A stretch of DNA of 64,000 bases from Holophagales bacterium (lineage in GTDB: Bacteria > Acidobacteriota > Thermoanaerobaculia > Multivoradales > Multivoraceae): NCBI GenBank assembly GCA_009836625.1, contig VXVC01000003.1, positions 17,218 to 81,217 on the forward strand, read 5' to 3'. Shown one piece after another: positions 30,694 through 41,989 of this stretch. The notes beneath the pieces are model-generated. The model was not told the origin of the DNA and ran no database searches. It saw only the letters and a list, made by a program, of their open reading frames with translations. The number at the start of each line of letters is the position of its first letter. The stretch's first letter is position 1. Made by a program: the position numbers and the translations under genes.

Positions 30694-31211
30694 GCAGCGA
30701 CAACGTACATACCGGCCCCCCGGCGGATGGCGCCGGCAGAGTGTTTGAAGACTTCGCCGTAGGTCAGGTCTTCCGGCACGCGCTGGGTCGCACCGTTACC
30801 GAAGGCGACAACGTCTGGCTGACGATGATCACCCTGAACCCGAACCCGATCCACTTCGACCGGGAGTACGCGGGCCAGACGGAGTGGGGCCGGCCCCTGG
30901 TCAACTCCTGCTTCACCCTGTCTCTGGTGACGGCCCTGACCGTGGCCGACCTGTCCCAGAACGCGGTGAACCTGGGCTGGGACAGGGTCCGGCTACCCAA
31001 CCCGGTGTTCGAGGGCGACACCCTCTACGCGCAGAGCGAGGTGCTCTCCCTGCGCGAGTCGAGATCGCGACCGCACCAGGGAATCGTCGGTTTCCGGACC
31101 GTCGGCTACAACCAGGATGGCAAGCCCGTGATCACCTTCGACCGGACGATCCTGGTGTACCGCCGGGGCCACGTGCCGGCGAAGCCGACCCGGCCGGAGC
31201 TTCGTGCTTAG
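30690..31211 (+). CDS. MaoC-family (hot-dog) dehydratase
   Basis: FEDFAVG..F.H..GRTVTEGDN, NP.HFD, NLGW, PVFEGDTL, NQDG. Confidence 0.88.
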   Translation: MSSDNVHTGPPADGAGRVFEDFAVGQVFRHALGRTVTEGDNVWLTMITLNPNPIHFDREYAGQTEWGRPLVNSCFTLSLVTALTVADLSQNAVNLGWDRVRLPNPVFEGDTLYAQSEVLSLRESRSRPHQGIVGFRTVGYNQDGKPVITFDRTILVYRRGHVPAKPTRPELRA

Positions 31212-31214
31212 CCT

Positions 31215-32480
<1,266 letters not shown>

Positions 32481-32609
32481 CTTGACTGTCTCACCCCTTC
32501 TTCTTCCCCCCAGAGTTCTGCCCTTCCCGGCATCCGAATCGTCCTGGGCCGCATTCGGCGCGGAGTGTAGCAGTCCCCGAAGCGCTCGTGAGAGGCGGCG
32601 CGCTCCGGT

Positions 32610-33332
32610 TCAGACGCCGCGTTCTTCGCCGCCCCAGAGGCTCTTGTGAAGCTGCAGCGAGACCCTCGCCGGCAGCCGGTCCTCGAGCACCCACGAGGCG
32701 AGTTGGGCCGGCTCCAGCGCGTCCCAGACGGGCGAGAGGTGGACGGTGCACAGGCGATCGATCCGGTGCTTCCGAATGGCGTGTCGCGCCCACTCGTAGT
32801 CGCCGCGGTCCTGGACGACAAGCTTCACCTCGTCCGTGCTGCGCAGGTGCAGCAGGTTGGGCCAGTGGTTGTTCGCGGTCTCGCCGCTGGCCGGGCACTT
32901 CAGATCGACGATGCGCCTCACACGCGGGTCGACGCCTGCTATGTCGAGTCCGCCACCGGTTTCTAGCAGGACCTCGAGACCGCGGTCGCACAACCCGCTC
33001 ATCAGGGTGTGAACACCGGGCTGGAGCAGCGGCTCGCCGCCGGTGACTTCGGCCAGAGGACAACCGTACGAGAGCACCCGGTCGATGACGTCGTCGACCC
33101 GCATCCAGGCGCCTTCGTAGAAGCTGTACTCGGTGTCGCACCAGCTACAGCGCATCTGACAGCCGGTGAGTCGCACCAGTACGCAGGGGCGGCCCGCGAA
33201 AGTCGATTCCCCTTGGATCGAGTAGAAGATCTCGTTGATCCTGAGGCGCTCCCGGGCCGGCAGCGCGGCGACGCAGTTCAGGAGCTTGCGCCGTGGAGGC
33301 GCAACGCAGTGAGACTCGCGGCGGAAGCTCAT
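32610..33332 (-). CDS. queE: 7-carboxy-7-deazaguanine synthase (radical SAM)
   Basis: EIFYSIQGE, CQMRCSWCDT (CxxxCxxC), TGGEPLLQ, LETGG, QLHK. Start is uncertain; ATG 33332 is the nearest ATG. Confidence 0.9.
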   Translation of the reverse strand: MSFRRESHCVAPPRRKLLNCVAALPARERLRINEIFYSIQGESTFAGRPCVLVRLTGCQMRCSWCDTEYSFYEGAWMRVDDVIDRVLSYGCPLAEVTGGEPLLQPGVHTLMSGLCDRGLEVLLETGGGLDIAGVDPRVRRIVDLKCPASGETANNHWPNLLHLRSTDEVKLVVQDRGDYEWARHAIRKHRIDRLCTVHLSPVWDALEPAQLASWVLEDRLPARVSLQLHKSLWGGEERGV

Positions 33333-33350
33333 GGACGGGTGGTGGCTGGG

Positions 33351-33380
33351 GCCAAACACGGAGCGTGCGACGTGTTTGGC
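33351..33380. repeat. Perfect 10-bp inverted repeat downstream of acnA
   Basis: GCCAAACACG (33351-33360), 10-nt loop, CGTGTTTGGC (33371-33380); no poly-T tract. Confidence 0.7.
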
Positions 33381-33401
33381 GGCGCGACCGGAAGACGTCG
33401 A

Positions 33402-36131
33402 TCAGGCGTCGTCGTCAAGGAGCTGTCGCAGCACGTACTGGAGGATGCCCGCGTGCCGGTAGTACTCCGCCTCCTGGGGCGTGTCGAGGCGGACGCGCGC
33501 GCGGAAGGCGATCTCACCGTCGTCGCCCGTGGCCCGCACACGCACGGTCAGTCCGGGTTCGAAGTCCGCGGCGAGCCCGGCGGCAAGCCCTTCGATGGCG
33601 TACTCCTCGCGGCCCGTGAGCCCCAGTTCGGCAGGGCCCTCGCCGTCCAGGAACTCGAGCGGCGCGATCCCCATTCCGACCAGGTTGCTGCGGTGGATCC
33701 GTTCGTAGCTCCTGGCGATGACCGCTTCCACGCCGAGCAGCCGGGGCCCCTTGGCGGCCCAGTCGCGCGACGAACCCGTGCCGTACTCGAGGCCGGCCAG
33801 GATGATCTGGGGCACGCCTCGTTCGCGGTAGGCCATCGCCGCGTCGTAGATCGACATCTGCTCGCCTTCCGGCAGGAGCAGGGTGTACCCGCCCTCGACT
33901 CCCGGCACCAGGTGATTGCGCAGGCGAACGTTGGCGAACGTGCCCCGCATCATGACCTCATGGTTGCCGCGGCGGGCGCCGTAGGAGTTGAACTGGGCGC
34001 GCTCGACTCCCAGGTCGCGCAGGTAGGCGGCGGCCGGACTGTCGGGACTGATCGGGCCTGCGGGTGAGATGTGGTCGGTTGTCACCGTGTCGCCGAGCAG
34101 CGCCAGCACGCGGGCGCCGGCGATGTCCTCGACGGGTTCCGGCTGGCGCGGCATGTCGACGAAGAACGGAGGCTGCTTCACGTAGGTCGAGTCGTCCTGC
34201 CAGTCGAACGTCTGGCCGGAGGGAACGTCGAGCGCCTGCCAGGTCTCGCTGCCGGCAAAGACGTCGGCGTACTGGCGCGTGAACATGTCGGGCCGCAGCG
34301 AACTCTCGAGCGCCGCCTGGATGTCAGCCTGGGCGGGCCAGATATCGCGGAGGTACACCGGGCCGTTCGAGCCGCTGGCGAGGGGTTCGTTGTACAGGTC
34401 GACGTCGATGCGGCCCGCCAGCGCGTAGGCCACGACCAGGGGCGGTGAGGCGAGGTAGTTGGCCCGGACCTCGCTCGAGATCCGGCCTTCGAAGTTGCGG
34501 TTGCCGGAGAGGACGGAAACGGCGACGAGTTCATCCTCGGCGATGGCGGCCGAGATGGCCGGCGGCAGCGGACCGCTGTTGCCGATGCAGGTCGTGCAGC
34601 CGTAGCCGACGGTGTGGAAACCCAGTTCTTCCAGGTGGGGTGTGAGGCCGGCTTCCGCGAGGTAGTCGGTCACCACCTTGGAGCCCGGGGCCAGACTCGT
34701 CTTGACCCAGGGCCGGGTTCGCAGTCCGGCGCCGACGGCGTTCTTCGCCAGCAGGCCGGCAGCCAGCATGACGGAGGGGTTCGACGTGTTCGTGCAACTC
34801 GTGATCGCCGCGATGACCACGGAGCCGTCCGTCACTCCGGCTTGTTCCCCGTCATCCGCGGCTGTGGGTGGGGCCGCACCGCCAGCGCCGGCGGCGTCGA
34901 GCACGGGCAGTCCGCTCGAGCGGGTGGACAGTTGCGGCAACTGGTTCAGGAAGGACTCCTTGACCTCGGACAGCCGGACCCGGTCCTGGGGCCTGCGCGG
35001 ACCGGCCAGGGAGGGCTCGACCGTACCCAGGTCGAGTTCCAGCGTGTCGCTGTACTCGGCCTCCTGCGTGTCCGGTCCGTGGAAGAGCCCCTGTTCGCGG
35101 CAGTACGCCTCGACCAGCTCCACCTGCGATTCGCTGCGCCCTGTAAACCGGAGGTAGTCGATAGCGGCGCGGTCGATTGGGAAGATGCCGCAGGTTGCGC
35201 CGTACTCGGGCGCCATGTTCGCGATCGTCGCACGGTCGGCCAGTCTGAGTTCGGCGAGCCCGGGGCCGAAGAACTCGACGAACTTGCCGACGACTCCGTG
35301 GCTGCGCAGCATCTCCGTGACCCGCAGCACGAGGTCGGTGGCGGTGGTGCCCTCCGGCAGGGCGCCGACGAGACGGAAGCCGACGACCTGCGGCACCAGC
35401 ATGGCGATCGGTTGACCGAGCATCGCGGCCTCCGCCTCGATGCCGCCGACGCCCCAGCCCAGGACGCCCAGACCGTTGATCATCGTGGTGTGGGAGTCGG
35501 TGCCCACCAGGGTGTCGGGATAGGCGAAGGGCGGCTCGGCGCGACCGTTCTGCGAGGTCATGACGCCGCGGGCCAGGTACTCGAGGTTGACCTGGTGCAC
35601 GATGCCGGTTGCCGGCGGCACGACGCGGAAGTTCTCGAACGCGGTCTGCCCCCAGCGCAGGAACAGGTAGCGCTCCTCGTTGCGCTCGAACTCCCGTTCA
35701 GCGTTGATCAGGAGCGCGGCGGCGGAGCCGTACTCGTCGACCTGCACGGAGTGGTCGATCACAAGCTCGGCGGGCTGCAGGGGGTTGATGCGAGCAGCAT
35801 CGCTGCCCATGGCCGCCATCGCATCGCGCATCGCGGCCAGGTCTGCCACCGCGGGAACACCGGTGAAGTCCTGGAGCAGCACGCGTCCGGGCATGAAGGC
35901 GATCTCGACGTTCGGTTCGGCCCGGGGTTCCCAGCGAGCCACGGCCTCGATGTCGTCGGCCGGAACGACGCGACCGTCCTCCCGGCGGAGCAGGTTCTCG
36001 AGCAGGATCTTCAGGGCGTACGGCAGGCGCTCCACCGGCAGGCCTGCGTCTCCCAGGGTCGGCAGGTGCGCGATCCGGAAGGACCGGCCCGCGGCCGTCA
36101 TCGTTCTTATCGCGCCGAAGCTGTTCGTCAT
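33402..36131 (-). CDS. acnA: Aconitate hydratase A
   Basis: [65 protein letters not shown]. Confidence 0.97.
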   Translation of the reverse strand: MTNSFGAIRTMTAAGRSFRIAHLPTLGDAGLPVERLPYALKILLENLLRREDGRVVPADDIEAVARWEPRAEPNVEIAFMPGRVLLQDFTGVPAVADLAAMRDAMAAMGSDAARINPLQPAELVIDHSVQVDEYGSAAALLINAEREFERNEERYLFLRWGQTAFENFRVVPPATGIVHQVNLEYLARGVMTSQNGRAEPPFAYPDTLVGTDSHTTMINGLGVLGWGVGGIEAEAAMLGQPIAMLVPQVVGFRLVGALPEGTTATDLVLRVTEMLRSHGVVGKFVEFFGPGLAELRLADRATIANMAPEYGATCGIFPIDRAAIDYLRFTGRSESQVELVEAYCREQGLFHGPDTQEAEYSDTLELDLGTVEPSLAGPRRPQDRVRLSEVKESFLNQLPQLSTRSSGLPVLDAAGAGGAAPPTAADDGEQAGVTDGSVVIAAITSCTNTSNPSVMLAAGLLAKNAVGAGLRTRPWVKTSLAPGSKVVTDYLAEAGLTPHLEELGFHTVGYGCTTCIGNSGPLPPAISAAIAEDELVAVSVLSGNRNFEGRISSEVRANYLASPPLVVAYALAGRIDVDLYNEPLASGSNGPVYLRDIWPAQADIQAALESSLRPDMFTRQYADVFAGSETWQALDVPSGQTFDWQDDSTYVKQPPFFVDMPRQPEPVEDIAGARVLALLGDTVTTDHISPAGPISPDSPAAAYLRDLGVERAQFNSYGARRGNHEVMMRGTFANVRLRNHLVPGVEGGYTLLLPEGEQMSIYDAAMAYRERGVPQIILAGLEYGTGSSRDWAAKGPRLLGVEAVIARSYERIHRSNLVGMGIAPLEFLDGEGPAELGLTGREEYAIEGLAAGLAADFEPGLTVRVRATGDDGEIAFRARVRLDTPQEAEYYRHAGILQYVLRQLLDDDA

Positions 36132-36263
36132 GTCTGGTTCTTCCCTGGTCGAGCGAGGCGCCGGACCTTGATGGACGGATCGTGCCGTTGGGCGCACAAG
36201 ATAACCGAAAGCGCCCCAATCGTCAGTCGGAAGTGACCCGCGGCCGCATGTAGAGTCGCGCTC

Positions 36264-36854
36264 ATGTCGGGGGTGGACGACTTCGAGACGCCGACTCTGC
36301 TGGTCGCCATGCCCCAGGTTCTCGATCCTTTCTTCTTTCGGGCGGTCGTGCTACTCGCGGCCCACGAGGACGGCGGCGAAGGGGGCAGCCTCGGCTTCGT
36401 CGTCAACCGGCCAAGCCAGCTCAAGGTCGACGAAGTTCTGCGTGAGCTCGACATCGAGTGGTCCGGCGGCTCGGAAGTCGTGGCTTTCGTCGGCGGTCCG
36501 GTGCAGCCTGAGGTCGGCACGGTGCTGCTGTCTCTCGACGGCTTGACCGGCCTGGAACGGGACGGCATCACTGAGATCGCCCCGGGTGTCGGAGCCACGC
36601 AGAACATCCTGGCGCTGCGCACGCTCGCCCGCAGCGCGCCGGACCGGATGAGGCTGCTCCTGGGCCACGCGGGCTGGGCGCCGGGTCAGTTGATGCAGGA
36701 GGTCGGCCGCAGCGACTGGCTGACGGCGCCGGTCGAGGAATCGATCGTGTTCTCCGCCGACCCGGTAGATGCGTGGTCGGGCGCGCTTGCCTCACTGGGG
36801 ATCGATCCGGCGTCCCTGCCGAGCTGGACCGCCGGCGACGGCCATTCAAACTGA
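36264..36854 (+). CDS. YqgE/AlgH (UPF0301) family protein
   Basis: [36 protein letters not shown]. Confidence 0.92.
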   Translation: MSGVDDFETPTLLVAMPQVLDPFFFRAVVLLAAHEDGGEGGSLGFVVNRPSQLKVDEVLRELDIEWSGGSEVVAFVGGPVQPEVGTVLLSLDGLTGLERDGITEIAPGVGATQNILALRTLARSAPDRMRLLLGHAGWAPGQLMQEVGRSDWLTAPVEESIVFSADPVDAWSGALASLGIDPASLPSWTAGDGHSN

Positions 36855-36858
36855 TCCG

Positions 36859-37323
36859 CTAGGTACCGGTGGATCCGAAGCCGCCCTCGTTGCGGCCGCC
36901 TTCCGTGGGCCGTTGCCCGAGGGAGTCGTCCTCCTGGAATCTGATCTCGGGAACGGCGGCGACCACCATCTGCGCCAGCCGCTCGCCGCGTTCGACGTCC
37001 ACGGGCTCGTCGCCCAGGTTGGCCAGTAGCAGCTTGACTTCGCCTCGATAGTCGCTGTCGATCGTGCCGGGGGAGTTCAGGACCGTCAGGCCCTGGCGAA
37101 GCGCGAGTCCGCTGCGGGGCCGGATCTGCGCCTCGTAGCCCGGCGGCAGGCCGAGGACGAGACCGGTCGGGATGAGACGGCGCGTACCGGGGGCGATCCG
37201 GACCGGCTCGGAGGTGGCGGCACGCAGGTCGTAGCCGGCGCTGCGGGTCGAGGCCCGCTCCGGCAGGCCGGCGGCGTGCGGCAGCAGGCGGATCCTGACG
37301 GCGACGGCGGCTTCCCGGCTCAA
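36859..37323 (-). CDS. dut: dUTP diphosphatase
   Basis: SAGYDL, RPRSGLA, NSPGTIDSDYRGE, RLAQ, GGFGSTG. TTG 37323 chosen because the upstream gene ends at 37329. Confidence 0.95.
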   Translation of the reverse strand: MSREAAVAVRIRLLPHAAGLPERASTRSAGYDLRAATSEPVRIAPGTRRLIPTGLVLGLPPGYEAQIRPRSGLALRQGLTVLNSPGTIDSDYRGEVKLLLANLGDEPVDVERGERLAQMVVAAVPEIRFQEDDSLGQRPTEGGRNEGGFGSTGT

Positions 37324-37328
37324 CGGAC

Positions 37329-38045
37329 CTATCTGCCGGGCGCCGTGCCGTCCTGCACCTTGGGGCCGTCGAGCACTCCGGGTGGGAACGGCTTGCCGAT
37401 CCACTCGCTCGTCAGCCGCGGTGGTGGCCGCCCGTCGCCGGCGTTGCCCGGCCTGAGCTGGATCAGTTCGCTGGTGAAGTACCAGTCGCCGACATCCTGC
37501 TGGCCGTTGAAGACGCGCTTCGCGGGACCGGGCGTGGCACTGTAAACACCCAGGATCGGCCCGACGACGGGGCCTTCACCCTCTTCCTCGTTCGGCGGAG
37601 GCACGGCCGTCATCGATCCGCCGCCGGCGGCCGCGACGGCCGCCGCGTTGGTCGCCGGCTGGGTGCCGCCTGTCTGGTTGCCGCGCTGGCCGGCGTTGCT
37701 CGGCCCCCCCTGCATCAGCAGGCCCCAGCGGCCGTCCTCGGCCATCGGATTCGGCCACAGTTGGCGAATCGCCCGCGGCTCTACTTCGACGAGTTCCTCG
37801 AGCGCCGTCGGTAGGCGTCCCTGACGTACGCGGAAGATGCGGATCGCCTCGGCGTACTGCAAGCCGCGGAAGATGAGTTCGGCCTCCTTCTGTCGCTGCG
37901 CCCAACTGCTCCAGTAGGGCAGCGCGGCGGCGACCGCGATGTTCATCACCGTGATCAGGATGGCCAGGGCGACCAGGTTGTAGCCGGCCTCGGCTGAGTC
38001 GTGCCGGCGCCGCTCGCCGCGGCGCCTGCGGTCACCAGTTGGCAT
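37329..38045 (-). CDS. Minor pseudopilin-like protein lacking Glu5 (GspK/PilX-like)
   Basis: Prepilin site AG|YNLVAL followed by a hydrophobic helix; KEAELIFRG.QY..AI, P..LEEL, GVYS; last pilin of the operon. Confidence 0.75.
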   Translation of the reverse strand: MPTGDRRRRGERRRHDSAEAGYNLVALAILITVMNIAVAAALPYWSSWAQRQKEAELIFRGLQYAEAIRIFRVRQGRLPTALEELVEVEPRAIRQLWPNPMAEDGRWGLLMQGGPSNAGQRGNQTGGTQPATNAAAVAAAGGGSMTAVPPPNEEEGEGPVVGPILGVYSATPGPAKRVFNGQQDVGDWYFTSELIQLRPGNAGDGRPPPRLTSEWIGKPFPPGVLDGPKVQDGTAPGR

Positions 38046-38481
38046 AGGCCTCCCCGTTCAGCGAGTTCTCCTCCGAGCCGGAGTGGACGTCCTCGACTCC
38101 CGGATCTCCGAACGGCGACAGGTCGGTCTCGGCCCAGGGGTCTTCGTCGGCTGATGAAGGGAACTCGGCCAGCACTTCGACCCAGGTTTCGGTGCTGCGG
38201 GTAATCGGGTCGGGAGGTATGGCCCGCAGGTACTCCTGCTCGACGAGAGCCTGAAGGCTCGGCGGATAGTGGCCCTTGTCGGCGTAGTGCTGCTCGATCG
38301 CGTCGCGCATGACACGGAGGTTCTGCTTGAGAGCCGCCTCCTGGGCCCGCCGGGGCGCGTTCTTGAGGAGCGGCACGGCGACGGCGGCCAGGATTCCGAT
38401 GATCGCCATGACGATGATGAGTTCCAGCAGCGACATGCCACCCTGGGATCTTGGGCGCTGGGCCCGGATGCGTTCGTTCAT
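38032..38481 (-). CDS. Pseudopilin, GspG/OxpG-like
   Basis: QGG|MSLLELIIVMAIIGILAAVAVP; YP.SL..LV, IPPDPIT, DVHSGS. Confidence 0.9.
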   Translation of the reverse strand: MNERIRAQRPRSQGGMSLLELIIVMAIIGILAAVAVPLLKNAPRRAQEAALKQNLRVMRDAIEQHYADKGHYPPSLQALVEQEYLRAIPPDPITRSTETWVEVLAEFPSSADEDPWAETDLSPFGDPGVEDVHSGSEENSLNGEAYANW

Positions 38482-38482
38482 T

Positions 38483-38953
38483 TCACCACTCCCGGTAGCG
38501 GACCCGGTTCAGGCCGACCCCGTTGCTCAGGGAGTAGACGTCGTAGACGTTCTCGCCTCCCCAGGAACGGTCGTCCGGGTCATCCTGGTAGCTCAGGAGG
38601 CCCCACTCCGCCTCGCCCGTCATCGGGTCGACGGGGATGCGGCGCAGGAAACGGATCTCGCCCTCGACCTGGCCGATGAGCTGGATCGGCTCCACCAGGT
38701 TCTCGAGTTCGCCCGGATAGCCGTCGGTGCCGATCTCGATCGGGATGAGCCCCACGTCGCTGTAGCGCTTGTGCTCGTCGATCGCATTGCGCATCTGGCG
38801 GAGGTGGGAGCGCAGTTCGGCTTCCTTGATTCGCTTGTTCGTGTAGGTCGCGGTCGGCAGGGCGACGGCAGCCAGGACCAGCATCACGGCGCACACCGTG
38901 ACCAGCTCGACCAGCGTGTAGCCGGCCCGCCGCCACGCGCCGGTGGTCTTCAT
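38483..38953 (-). CDS. Pseudopilin, GspG-like
   Basis: AG|YTLVELVTVCAVMLVLA; GYP..LE.LV, FLRRIPVDPMTG, VYDVYS. Confidence 0.9.
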   Translation of the reverse strand: MKTTGAWRRAGYTLVELVTVCAVMLVLAAVALPTATYTNKRIKEAELRSHLRQMRNAIDEHKRYSDVGLIPIEIGTDGYPGELENLVEPIQLIGQVEGEIRFLRRIPVDPMTGEAEWGLLSYQDDPDDRSWGGENVYDVYSLSNGVGLNRVRYREW

Positions 38954-41370
38954 GCGACCGTCTCCGGCCGCTCACGATCCAGACTTTCGCCGTCCCGGAT
39001 CTCGATCTCGAGCGGCTCAACGATGGGCGAGGCAATCACCTCGAGAGCCGGACCTTTGGGTCTGGCCTGTTCGACGGCGATCGTCGCCGTGCCGGGACCT
39101 GTGGCCCGCACCTCGAGCGCCAGCAGACGTCCCCTGCCGGCTACGCCCGGCCGCTCGCCCAGCCGGCTGAGGCCGACGACGACCATGCCCGGGGTCGAGT
39201 CGTCGGTCATCAGCGAGATCTCCTCCTCGCCGCCCAGGAAGGACCCCGCCCGCACCGCCGTGACTTCGATCAGCGACGGGTTGAAGCGCAGCCGCAACGG
39301 CAGGTGGGAGAGCGGCGCCGTGGACCGGACGTCGAGCCGCACCTCGAAACTGTCGCCGACACTGGCACGGAGCGCTTCGGGGGCGAACGTCAGCTCGACT
39401 CCGGCGGTGGAGCGGGCCGCCGCTTCCTGGAATGCTGCCGGCACGATGATCTGCGGCGAACCGGGGGCGGGCGCGGAATCAAGCAGACCCGCGTTGCGCG
39501 GCGGATTGCTGGGCGGCGGTACGAGCTCGACGCCCAGCGGCGGTCCGTCGTCTTCCTCACCCGGTGACTGCCCGCCCTCCGGCGCCGCGTCGCGCAGGCC
39601 CGGCGGCAGACGTTCCTGGAGTTCGTCGCGGGCACCGCCTTCGGCTTGCGGTTCGTCGAAGGGGCCGTCGACGCCGGAGTCGACCCGCGGGCTCGAACCG
39701 CGGTAGACGACGTTGCTCTCCGTGCCGACCCAGATGGGCGCGAGGTCCTCCTCCCGGATGTCCGCGCGCCGGATGATGTGGGGGGTCAGGGTCAGCACGA
39801 TGTCGGTGCGTTCGTTGTCCGTCGAGCGCCGGGAGAAGAGGCGCCCCAGCACAGGGATCTCGGACAGCCCGGGGATGCCGCTCTGGCTGTTCGTCTCCGA
39901 CGTGCGGATCAGGCCGGCCAGGAAGTTCGTCTCGCCGTCGCGCAGCCGAATGCTGGTGTTGATGTTGCGGCTGCCGATGATCGGCTGGCTCTCGATCTGG
40001 CCGCTGATGTTGCTGACCTCGATGCTGAGATCGAGCGACACCTCTTCGTTGTGATGCACCCGCGGCGTGATGTCGACCTCGATGCCGACGTTCTGGTACT
40101 GGTAGGAGGTGATCGGCACGATGTTGCTGCCCGCCGTGTTCGCAGTGTTGAAGCTGGTGACCGGGATCGGCACCCGGTCGCCGATCGAGAAGGACGCCTC
40201 TTCGCCTTCGGTGATCCGCACCTGCGGTTTGGCCAGGGTCTGGGCGTCGGTCGCGTTCTTCACGAAGTCGAACAGGAAACCAGGAACGGTCAGCACCCAG
40301 TTGTTCTGATTCAGGGATTCCACGTCCGACATCCTGAGCGGAACCTCCTCGCCGCCAATGTCGAGGCGGATGCCGAGACTGGTCGCGTCCAGCCGGAGGC
40401 CGAGTTGCTGCAGCTTGTTCGTGTTGATCTGCAGCAGTTCGACGTCGACGACGACCTCGGCCTTCGCCTTGTCGTTCTGCTCGATCAGCCGCTCCGCGAT
40501 CTTGACCTTCTCCACGCTGTCCATCATGGCGATCGCGTTCAGCCGTTCGTTCGTCGCGATGAACCTCGTGTTCAGCAGGCTGCGCAGGATGGTCATCACG
40601 TCACTCACGTCCGAGTTCGAGAGAAAGAAGGTCTGGATGATGCGATCCTCGAACCGCTGCCGGTTCTGCTGCGTGTCCTGGAGGATCATGATCGTCTGTT
40701 CGTCGAGCACCCGGTAGAAGTGGCCGAGGCTGTGCATCAGGATCTCGAGTCCTTCGATCGCCGTCACGTCGCGCAACTCGATGCCTTCGGGCCCGACCGG
40801 CGCGTCGCGCAGCCTGGTGTCGAAGACGATATTGATCCCGAAGGCCTGCCCGATCGCCCGGTAGACCTCCATGAACGTCGCGTTCGGGAAATCGAAGCTG
40901 ACCGGCTCGTCGGATAGCGGATTGAGCGTCGGCGGCATCGGTTCCGCGGCGCGGGCGTCGTCCTTCATCTGGGAGATCGTCCTGGGCTGGAGGCCGCTGG
41001 TCTCGATCTTCGTCCGCAGCTTCTCGAGTTCGGTCAGGGCGTACTGGTTGGTCGGATCGAGCTGCACGGCTCGCTGCATCTCGAGCATCGCGTCCCGATC
41101 GCGGCCGGCCTCCTGCAGCTTCCGGCCCTCCTCGAAGTGGGCGTGAGCGGCCTGGGTCCTGGCTCGCAGCAGGCCAGCCCGGTAGCGGAGATCCGCCGGA
41201 TCCTGTGTGACCAGTTCCATGTAGCGCAGAACGGCGGTATCCCAGTCGCCCGTGAGCTCCGCGTGCTGCGCCTCCCGGAAGCCCCGGTAGCCACTGCAGG
41301 ACGCGAGGATCACGAGCAGCGCCAGTCCCAGCGAGAGAGCGTGCCGCCGTCGTCGATTGTGTTCTTTCAT
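38950..41370 (-). CDS. Lipoprotein secretin (GspD/PilQ family) with N-terminal TPR-like helices and C-terminal cohesin-like domain
   Basis: Lipobox ILASC; N domains; core motifs AEVVVDVELL, LAKPQVRITEGEEA, VGIEVDITP, LRDGET, IPGLSEIPVLGRLF, LTPHII; Pro-rich linker; cohesin-like VGDSFEV.L.V...LRFNP..IEV..V.AGSFL. Confidence 0.92.
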   Translation of the reverse strand: MKEHNRRRRHALSLGLALLVILASCSGYRGFREAQHAELTGDWDTAVLRYMELVTQDPADLRYRAGLLRARTQAAHAHFEEGRKLQEAGRDRDAMLEMQRAVQLDPTNQYALTELEKLRTKIETSGLQPRTISQMKDDARAAEPMPPTLNPLSDEPVSFDFPNATFMEVYRAIGQAFGINIVFDTRLRDAPVGPEGIELRDVTAIEGLEILMHSLGHFYRVLDEQTIMILQDTQQNRQRFEDRIIQTFFLSNSDVSDVMTILRSLLNTRFIATNERLNAIAMMDSVEKVKIAERLIEQNDKAKAEVVVDVELLQINTNKLQQLGLRLDATSLGIRLDIGGEEVPLRMSDVESLNQNNWVLTVPGFLFDFVKNATDAQTLAKPQVRITEGEEASFSIGDRVPIPVTSFNTANTAGSNIVPITSYQYQNVGIEVDITPRVHHNEEVSLDLSIEVSNISGQIESQPIIGSRNINTSIRLRDGETNFLAGLIRTSETNSQSGIPGLSEIPVLGRLFSRRSTDNERTDIVLTLTPHIIRRADIREEDLAPIWVGTESNVVYRGSSPRVDSGVDGPFDEPQAEGGARDELQERLPPGLRDAAPEGGQSPGEEDDGPPLGVELVPPPSNPPRNAGLLDSAPAPGSPQIIVPAAFQEAAARSTAGVELTFAPEALRASVGDSFEVRLDVRSTAPLSHLPLRLRFNPSLIEVTAVRAGSFLGGEEEISLMTDDSTPGMVVVGLSRLGERPGVAGRGRLLALEVRATGPGTATIAVEQARPKGPALEVIASPIVEPLEIEIRDGESLDRERPETVA

Positions 41371-41383
41371 GTGGTTCAGATCC

Positions 41384-41989
41384 TTAGCTGCCGCTCGGAC
41401 GGCCGCCGATGGCGAGCCGCACCGGCTGTTCGTCCGGGAAACCCACGAAGAGCAGATCGACCGACTCGTAGCCGATGTTCTGCACTTCGAACTTGTCCTT
41501 GACGAGGTCGCCCTCGAGTGCGTTGAAGATGGACTTGTCGGCGTCGACGAAGACCGCGATCGGATTGTCGCTGCGTCCGAAAGACCCGATGTAGAAGACG
41601 TCGACCGGCGGTGGCCTGGGTCCGAGCGGCTCCGGCGCGGGCGGGTCCCGAATGACGGGTGGCGCCGGCGTCTCCGGGATGGCGGGCTGCAACGGCTCGG
41701 GGGCCGGAGGCGCCGCGGGCTCGCCGGTTGCCTCAGGCGCGGGCCGGGTTCCGAAGGACCAGGGATCCCGTGAGGGGCGGCTGGGCGGTGGCGGCTGGTC
41801 GAGGGTGTAAGGAGCGAGCTCGACGACGTCGATCGTGGTCGAACGCAGGTCGGCCGCGGTCGTGCGGGTGAAGCCGGGCCCGCCCCCGAACGACGGCAGG
41901 TATCGCCACGCGGCGACCACCACGACGATGCCGAGCAGGCCCAGCAGCAGCGGGTTGGGGCGGTTGGAGCTGGCCCGGGCCGCGCTCAT
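41384..41989 (-). CDS. PilP/GspC-like accessory protein
   Basis: One N-terminal TM, RDPWSF motif, Pro-rich linker, C-terminal YIG...A.F...EGD.V...F.V..I beta domain; sits between PilO-like and secretin genes. Confidence 0.65.
   Translation of the reverse strand: MSAARASSNRPNPLLLGLLGIVVVVAAWRYLPSFGGGPGFTRTTAADLRSTTIDVVELAPYTLDQPPPPSRPSRDPWSFGTRPAPEATGEPAAPPAPEPLQPAIPETPAPPVIRDPPAPEPLGPRPPPVDVFYIGSFGRSDNPIAVFVDADKSIFNALEGDLVKDKFEVQNIGYESVDLLFVGFPDEQPVRLAIGGRPSGS

Noticed and set aside
32610-33332. queE as part of a 7-deazaguanine DNA-modification (dpd) island
   Set aside because: Flanked by gltA and acnA with no dpdA/tgt paralogue or mobility genes; ordinary queuosine synthesis is simpler.
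36859-37323. dut as a prophage marker
   Set aside because: No phage genes nearby; it is a normal trimeric dUTPase at the end of a chromosomal operon.
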